Shown here: one piece after another, positions 39,434-48,880 of the stretch | Position numbering within the stretch: position 1 is the first letter of the stretch | Layout: each line of letters begins with the position of its first letter | Assembly (NCBI RefSeq): GCF_001194135.2 | Contig: NC_068984.1 | Coordinates: forward strand, 25,713,377 to 25,777,376 | Source: Octopus bimaculoides | Taxonomy: Eukaryota | Reading direction: 5' to 3' | DNA length: 64,000 bases | Position numbers and translations under genes: made by a program | Notes under the pieces: generated by a model | Databases searched by the model: none | The model's input: only the letters and a program-made list of their open reading frames with translations | Told to the model about the DNA's origin: nothing

Positions 39434-40781
39434 ATTGATTTAACTATTGATATATGAGTCTCTTTTTACAGTTATATAAAGCAGATACATAAACACATGA
39501 ACATTATATAACCATACATACAAACACCAATCTTTCTTTGAAAAAAAAAGAAAAAAAGAAAAACCCTCCTAAAACACCACCTGAAACACCATCAAACTGT
39601 ACACAATAGCAAGCAATACTATATGCACTATCAAATGCTTCCAAAACTGCAGCAGATGTTTCAGTTACAAACTTCAGTAAACATTCAGACAACAATTTTC
39701 TGTTTTTGTGTTTTGATTTCTGTCATTTTTTTAATACTTCAGCAATAATGAAGAAATAGAAAGAATGGTCGAGGGAGAAGGAGAAATACAGAGCAAGTAG
39801 TTAATATCTGTGAAGTTACTTTATATAATCTATAAACAGAATTAGGAGAGGATTAAACATTTTTTAACATGTGTATTTTAGTGTCATCAACAGATTTTAG
39901 TTAGCAATCAGGCTTTATATATTTTCTAAGTTAAATTTCCCAGATTGTGTTTTATCAGCATTGCAAGAAGCAATTTGTTGTATAAAATTCAGCAATCTTA
40001 ATTGTATAAAAATTCAGTAATTCCACCTGGAATTTTTTAATACCCATTCTAAAATGTTAAGATTTGATCATGAGAAATATTGTACAGAAGACCACTTCCA
40101 TATTTGAAGAGCCCCAAGAAAGTACAGCAGCTCAGTTCATCAGTGTTTGTGTCAGCCACACACACACACACTGTGTGTTGGCAGTGTTCAATGGCTTGTT
40201 TTGTGATTATTCATGATTTCAGGTTATTGGGAAGTTTGTGGCAGTAGAAAAGTTAGAGCTTGAAGTTTTGCTGATTTATCTTTGAATAAAAGCAATCATT
40301 TGCATGTTCAGTATCAAATGTTTAGATGTCAGGATATGGTCTACCTACAGAAAAATTCTAGGTATTTGAAGTTTAAACATGAACATTATTTGAATTAGAA
40401 TTCAAATTGCATTCCTGTTCCTTCGGTCAACTTCACAGGGCCAGAGAAAACACTGATCAACAGTGACCACACAACATTTTAAAGTTGGTTCTCAAAGGTA
40501 ATTGTCTCTCAATAATTGGGTACCACTGTATTTTGGGAATATATTTAGCTAATCCCACACATAACTGCTTTTCTTCCAAAATATTATAACAAACAACTAG
40601 CCCCCTTACTGGTGGTATCTAAAAAGCACCCAATACACTCCTGGAATGGTTGGCATTAGGAAGGACATCCAGCTGTAGAAACCTCGCCAGATCAGATTGA
40701 CGCCTAGTACAGCCTCCTGGCTTGCCAGTCCTCAGTCAAACTGTCCAACCTATGCCAGCATGGAAAGTGAGCGTTAAAAGA

Positions 40782-40817
<36 letters not shown>

Positions 40818-43800
40818 CTTCCACATAGTGTCTCTTGACCAAATTCACTCACAAAGCATTGGTTATCCCAGGGCTATAGTAGAAGACACTTGTCCACGGT
40901 GTCATGCAGAGGGACTGAACTTGAAACCAAGTGACTGCAAAGCAAGCTTCTTAGCCACACAGCCATATCTGCACATATGAATAAACAGACGTAAGCTATA
41001 CAGCCCATTTGATATTATTTTCATACATTACTAATTCATTTAATCTTTAATCCATTCAGTCATCTAAACTGTAGGCTGTTCATTATTTCCTCTTTACTCT
41101 AATAACGTGAATGTTATTTTTCAGGGTTATTCAAAAATTAATTCTTCTGTTTATTGACATTCACTAATGTTAGAAATATGATTATAGCTTGTTATATATA
41201 TGTGTGCATGTGTCTGCATGTTGGTTTACATTTGCACTTCAGCTGAAAATCATTGATATATAAGGTGACATTGTCATTTCCCCTGCCAATAAATTGTTCA
41301 TTTGCTTTGCACCTTGAAAAACCTATGGAATAGAAGATTCCTTGCTTGTAAAAAGCATGATTTGGCAACTGGAAAGGCATCCAACTGTAAAAGCAATACT
41401 CAACAGCATATTTGTCTAACTCATGCTAGCATGGAAAATTGTACATAAAATTGAATGAATAGAAACAGCTTTTCATTATAACAATAAATCACAAATTTTA
41501 TAGCTATGAAAATTCCTTAAATGCTATAATGCTCTTAAGAAAGAAACAAGATGCCCTTATTTTATTCTTCTATATACTGTTATAGATTGAGTCTGTATGT
41601 TAACTTGTGTCTTTTTCTTATATGTAAATAAACCTAACAAAGCAGATCAATATTGATTGCTCAATAGAAGATGTATAATCTTCAGCATTAGCACAAACAT
41701 AAACTGTGTTTTATGGCTAGATAATAAAGAAAAAATAAAATTGTAAAATATAAATGCAACTGTATATTTCTTTTTGTCATACAGATACAAACTTTATAAA
41801 ATGGTTACTAAAATAATATGTTCATCTTAAGCAAGAAGCAAGCAGAAATAACTGATATACAATGGAAGATTGATAAAAGTTTTATTTTCTGCAGTTGCAT
41901 GGGTCCGATAGTAATTGCAAGCAGCTTTCTATTCATAATATTTACATCAGGATGTGCTTCTTAATGGCTAACTATTAAACTATAAAGTAGCAGCGGAACC
42001 TGTTTCATACAGATTAAACAGAGGCAACAAATATGTGCACCTTGTTCAGTGACTCAGCACAATGGCTCTAATAAGAGGGAAACTCCTGACCATATGGTTA
42101 GTAACACTTTAATCTCATAGCTTAACAACAGAAGACTGAGATCTAAAATGTTGAGTCTGTTTTATGTTCTATTCATATCCTCAGAAGATGTTATCTATAT
42201 AAATAAAATAAAGTAACACAAAGTGTTTAACAACAAATATGATATTTCTGCATAAAGAATCAACAATATTTATTCATGAAACAGTCAATGATTATGAGAT
42301 TGATGTTCTTTTCTTGTTATATTGATCAAGATTAAAAAATAAAAACAAAACATTTGTTGCTGGAGAGACATGTGTTAGAACATGTTCCATATGATACTGA
42401 AGATCTATAAACTTTTTTTTCTTTCCCCATCCAACGTTTTAAGCTAAGAATATTGAAAATTTAATCACCTCATGTTTGAAGTTCAGGAAACATTTACATT
42501 TTTTATTCTATTTAAATTCCTTAATCTATATTTAAAATTTTCAAATTTTGTGGTTAAATTTTTCCTTGAAGCATTGTTTTTACAATTCCATTTCACTTGT
42601 CAACCCCAAATAATCTCTTGATATTTTCCTCTTCTCCCTTTTCAAAATTTATATGTACAAGTGTAGGTGCATATTATTAACCTACAAAATCATTATCAAA
42701 CAAACTTTCCATTCTGTGTACTTACAACTTGTCAACTAAAGTATCACCTAGCATACTCCTTTTTTCTCATAAATAATGGCTGACTAAACAATTTTATAAT
42801 TTTTCTATAAAGGAAGTTTTCTCATACTGACAAGTAACATACTTTTGGACAAAGTCTATCCTTATATATTTGTATGCATAATATTTGTGTATGTACATAC
42901 ACACACACACACACACAATTGTTGCCTTTTAATGCAAAGATGAAAGTGAATCTATCTAGAAAGACAAGAGGGTATATTAGAGAATTTGCTCTGACTCCAC
43001 TTCTTCCTGATCCTGTTACTCTTTCTCTACTAGCCTCTACCTCAACAATAAATCTCTTCCCTTCATACCTAATCCAGCTTCATCACTCTGTCCTATTCTC
43101 TTTCAGTTTGTGAGTGACATGTCCTCACTAGTACTGAGGACATGAAAAGAGCACCCAGCACATACTGTAAAATGGTTGGTGAACTGAGCAGAAATAATGT
43201 AAGGTTGTAAGGACTTTTTAATCTTGCAAAAGTAAAGACAACTTCTAAAAGGTTGGCGCTACATAAAAATGCACCCAGTAAACTCTGTGTGAAGTGGTTG
43301 GGACGAGCATCCAGCTGTAGAAACTAGAAACCATGACAAAAACTGTGACACTGAAGCAATATACAGTCCTCTAACCTGTTGAATTGGTCACCCCACGCCA
43401 GCATGGCAAGCAGATGCTGATGTACACAGATTAAGCACAATGTAGCCAAATTATCTTGACTCTACACTAATTTTCATCTTAAAATTAATAAGAAAACCTT
43501 AATAAAGGAATGTGTAAGAGAATAAAGGCACTTGTGCTGGTGACACATAAAAGACACCCACTACACCCTTGGAAGAGCATCCAGCTGTAGAAACCAAGCC
43601 AAAATCAAACTAGCAACAATGGGAACTGAAAAAATTGATGATATTGACCGGTTAGAAATATAACTATATGGGATCACAGGATCATGCAGTGGCTCTTCAG
43701 GAAAAGAATGATATTGAGCCACTGATAACATTATAATGATTAACATGTGCTTTGAGGAAGAGTATTTAAAAGCTATTTAATCAATTGACACTAACAGCCT

Positions 43801-46800
43801 TTCCATTTAAATCCAGGCTATATTCCTTCCTGTTTGCACAAATCAGAGAACAAAGCATCTGCAGACAATTCGTCCATATCATTCTTAAAGAACTATTTGT
43901 CCAACCCCATAAAATGGATTTACTTACTAGCTCTGTCTGCCAAGTGATTTTTCAGTTGGAAATAATTCACAAGCACTGCAAATATTCATCAAACTTTCTA
44001 ACTGATGGAATGTAACCATTTAATACTGCTCTTTCAGCTGCACCATTTGATTTTGAATAACAAGCAGGACCTTCAACTTTGTTGTAATCTAGTCAGTTTA
44101 ACCAACCATTTTCTGAGCTTCTACTGAAATATAAAAACAGCTTCCGTCCAAGCAGTGGCTCAGTCAACGATAATCAACACATTCCCAACATTTTGTAATC
44201 TTTCCAAAGGCCATGATTCAAGGCACTCATCAGCACAAGAGGTATCTCAAGCTGTGACAAGCACTTCAGTATCTCAACAAAGATTAAGCCACTAACACAA
44301 ACCCTTGCTTTCTTTAGTGGTTCTTTTTTTTTTTTTGCTTATGAGTATGTATCATGAATTGTGAAGAAAAAAAAACTTTTGTAAGATAAGGTTTAAAAAC
44401 AAATAGCTGTTTTTATTAAAGATAAAATAATGTTCAACAATCAGTTTAGAAGAATGACTGGCAAATTGTTATTCTGAAAGTGTTAGTATAGACCAGTCTT
44501 TTTTAGTAATGTGTTTCTTTAACCAGACATAAAGGCATATATGTTAAACTGATTTTTTTTACATTTTCAACTTGTTTGAGCATAAGCAAAAATTAATTCA
44601 TTATCGTGCAGGTGGCACGTAAAAAACACAACTTGAGCGTGGCCATTGCCAGTACCACCTGACTGACCCTCGTGCCAGTGGCACGTAAAAGCACCCACTA
44701 CACTCTCGGAGTGGTTGGTGTTAGGAAGGGCATCCAGCTGTAGAAACTCTGCCAAATCAGATTGGAGCCTGGTGTAGCCATCTGGTTTCACCAGTCCTCA
44801 GTCAAATCGTCCAACCCATGCTAGCATGGAAAGCGGACGTTAAACGACGATGATGATGATGATGATGATGATGATGTTTTATGTTAGAATGTAAAGCAGT
44901 TTTAAAGAACCCTGTATCACATTGTATCTTATATACTTAGTCTGTAATGCCCTTGTTATGCTAACTGTTGTGCTTTGCATGCTTGCACATGGTCAGTTAA
45001 ATATTTCAGGTCATTAACAGTTCAATGTAAGGAATAGTCTTTAGTGTGCCACTTTTATGATGTTAGTGAAATATAGTTATAGATGTTAGAAGACAGGATC
45101 TTCTTCACTGTTATGGACTTATGGTAAAAATGACAATTGGTGATAAAAATTTACAACTCAAATAATCAGCTAACAATTGTAGAATGAAGATTAAAAGGTA
45201 ATGGGTAAAGACCCCCTTCGGTCATGAATGACCATAAGATTACACTTGGAAAGTTACCTTCCGAGGCACAAGTCCGAGCAAGGTTGTTTCTGGAAGACCA
45301 GCAATTGCCCATGCATACCAGCCACCTCTCTCCATGCCACTGGTGCTATCCAAGGGAAAGGCAATGGCTGATATAGTTTGGTACCAATGACGTTGCAACT
45401 CATTTCTACAGCTGAGTGAACTAGAGCAATGTAAAATAAAGTATCTTGCTCAAGAACACAACACACAGCCTGGTCCAGGAATTGAACTCACTACCTCATG
45501 ATTGTGAGCTCAATGCTCTAACCACTGAGCCATGCGCCTTCACTAGGATGAAGATTAATGAAGACTGAAATCTTGAAAATGATGAGGAAGCAGAAACATG
45601 GCTAATACAGCTTAGCTTAAGCTTGCACTAGTTAAGCCAAAACTTTGTGTTATGAGGCATCAATGCTATATTAAAAATATAACTAAACCTTAAAAAAGAT
45701 TTATTATCATAGACAAGTTAAGAGTTTTGGATCAAAAGAAAAAAAATCAAAACAACTAATTAATTTCCTAAGCTAAGGTTTATTGTGCATAATTTTTTTT
45801 TATGTGAACTGTTATCAACAAAGACACAGAAGCAGGATTTACTAAATTGGGTTATTAAGAGAAAAATTAAGATGCCTGATTGTGTAAGAACTTCAACTAA
45901 AGTGTCAATCTCAGATCTAGTTAGACTTATTGCAGTCAGAGAGAGTATTTGTTCTTTGATCAGCAACACAGCCAAGTTCCAATACTGAAGTATTGTGTCC
46001 AACTAGTGAGGACTCTTGTTAAGGAAAATTTAGGTGCAAGCATGGTTGTGTGGTTAAGAAGCTCACTTGGCAACCACATGATTTTGGGTTTAGTCCCACT
46101 GCATAGCACCTTGGACAAGTGTCTTCTACTATATCCTTGGGCTGACCGATTCCTTGTGAGTGAATTTGTGAAATGGAAACTCTGTGAGAACCTGTTCTGT
46201 GTGTGAGTGTGTGAATGTTCCATACTATCAACTCATGTGCTTTGGTCTTGTCTTTAATTTTCTTTCTTCTATACATCAATAATTTTCCTTGCAGTCATGT
46301 CCAACAACACCCACTCTTACACAGATAATACCTTTCATTCTACCCTAATCAAACATCAGCCACATGCAACCTAGATGTCACACATCTAACTTGCACTGAT
46401 TTCATGAATGGAGCACCCTTTAATGAAGCCAATCTTGAGTCTTTCAACAGCACACAATTAGAACCCTCACAGTTCAATTATCACTTCAGAGCTTTTCTAG
46501 TGAAAGTACAAGTAAGACCACATCTCAAACACTGGCCCTTTCCCTCAGAACCAGAAAATATTTCTTCCCCAACAATTACTAACAGTCAACAAAGTTCGGA
46601 TGAGATCCATGATGGAGTAATTTTCCCCAAATCAAGGATGACACTGCAGATGCACACACAAACATCACAAATCCAGATGCCACTCACATTTCTGTTGAGT
46701 AGCATCACAAAAAGCTACTCAACAAATTGGGATAAAATTATACACTCCAGCCTCTGACCTAGAGGCAAGTTCCCTCTCTTATAGCCTTTTTTTTATCACT

Positions 46801-48848
46801 GTTATAATGGTTGCTACCTCCACCACTTTGGCACTAACAACTCACTTGTCTCTCTTCTACGCTTTCTCACAGCCACGTACAAACCAATACTCCCAGTTCT
46901 TTCTCCCACAAAATTAGTCCTTTAGAATTCCCTCTGTACTTATTCTTTCCTGCAGGTGTTGACTTGCAATAGTTTAAGCAAAATATTAATGGCATCAATC
47001 TCATTAGTGAGAGAAAAAAAAATTATAATCAAAGGAATTAATGATATAATTTTTAGGATGACATTTATCTTTGCAGCAATCCAAAATAAATTTCATAGGA
47101 ATGAATATTTCGAAAGGAGGGGATCAAACCATCCTTCACACAATTTAATGAACAAGATCCAATGGATTAGTGTTCCTAAATTGAAAGAAAAAATTGAGAA
47201 CTAATTAGCAGTTTAGCTGCTTTTTCAGCAAAAAGGAATGTCTTTACTATGAGAACACTGCAACAGTTTAAACACAATATTAAAAGCAGCAAACTCATGG
47301 AGAAATAACTTTACTGTTGATACTTCTCCTTTTAAAGGAACGATGCCTCAAAATGGAAAACCTGTAGCATATGTTAGTAGTCAGACATTTGGAGCAATAT
47401 TGAACATGATATATGGTGGTATAGTGTGCAGACAGAATGGGACCTGTTCTAGTGGGGAAATTTTTCACTGGAGATTGACTGCTATTACGTCAAAGGACCT
47501 TGATAATTCCAGATTAACTGGGACAGACTTCATATTATCACAATATGATTTCAAAATCATTCACATGCCTGGTTAAAGCATAAATCATATTGATGTTCTT
47601 AGTAAACTAAAGCAAGATTCAGATCAGTTTATTTTATGTTTATGATAATTACATAAGTCCACAACAGCAACTTCAAAGTTTTAGATACTTGTTATATCTG
47701 AGTTATCATACATAATTCATCATTACCCAAGCATTGTATTATAAAATGGTCCTGACATTGAATTGGCATTTACTTTAAATATTCCTGCAATGTCACAGTA
47801 ACATTAGCATGACAATGATATCACAGACTAGATAGATAGTGTACAGATGTTGACTGGATATCTTTACATATTAATAGTATACAGAAAACAAGCAACTATC
47901 TGGAATGCTATAAAACATTGCTGGACCTTTGGCTTGATATGTTAGACTGGCCTTGCCTGTACTTTGTTAATTTGGGTTTGGATGCAGAAAATGTGTTGGA
48001 GACACCTACAGCTTTCAACAAGCCACAAAATAACCAAAAGTATAGTAATTATCTATGTAATTTTTAGTTGTAATACAATAAATGGTACCAACAAAACTGT
48101 AATAAAACCTTTTAATGTTATCTAAAATACTCTTACAGTTATGGCTTCTTCTTCATCCAATGTTGGAACACAGTTCATATATTCAGTACTTCTTTTTGCT
48201 TAATTTTTATTTAAAAGTCAAAGTATCTAACATACTGTTCTAATTTGCTAACACCCATTCTTTTTAAGAGAGTATCAACATTTTGTGTCAAGTTATTTAT
48301 TTGAAATTACTTCTACACATGATTTTACAGCAACAGGTTTGTAATATTTGTCTGACCTATTTAATTAATCATAATATTCCTAAATATTATGCAACATATT
48401 TGCAGGTATGGCCATATGGTTAAGATTTTGTTTCACAACTATCTGGTTTGAGGTTTGATCCTACAGTGTAGCACCTTGGGCAAATGTCTTCTACAATACC
48501 TTCAGGCTTGATCAAAACCTCATGAGTGAAATTTGGCACACAGAAACTATGTGGAAGACTGACAATGGGACCGTTCCTTTCTTGGACGAAAACTTAATCC
48601 ACTGTCCAATTTAACACTACTACCTTGTATACCTTTAGTGAGGTCCACTGTTACAAGTATTTGGTACAAATCTCCAGTCAGAAGATAACTTCTTTCATCC
48701 ATCCCACCACAGACGCTACTCTTCCTTCATTAACTAAGCCATTAAGAAGAAAAAAAATCATTTCTAATTTAAAGGATTTGTCATCTTCGTGGGATTCAAT
48801 TAATAAACTACAGATTCTCCACATTATCGTGCAGTTCAATAATGTGAA

Positions 48849-48880
<32 letters not shown>

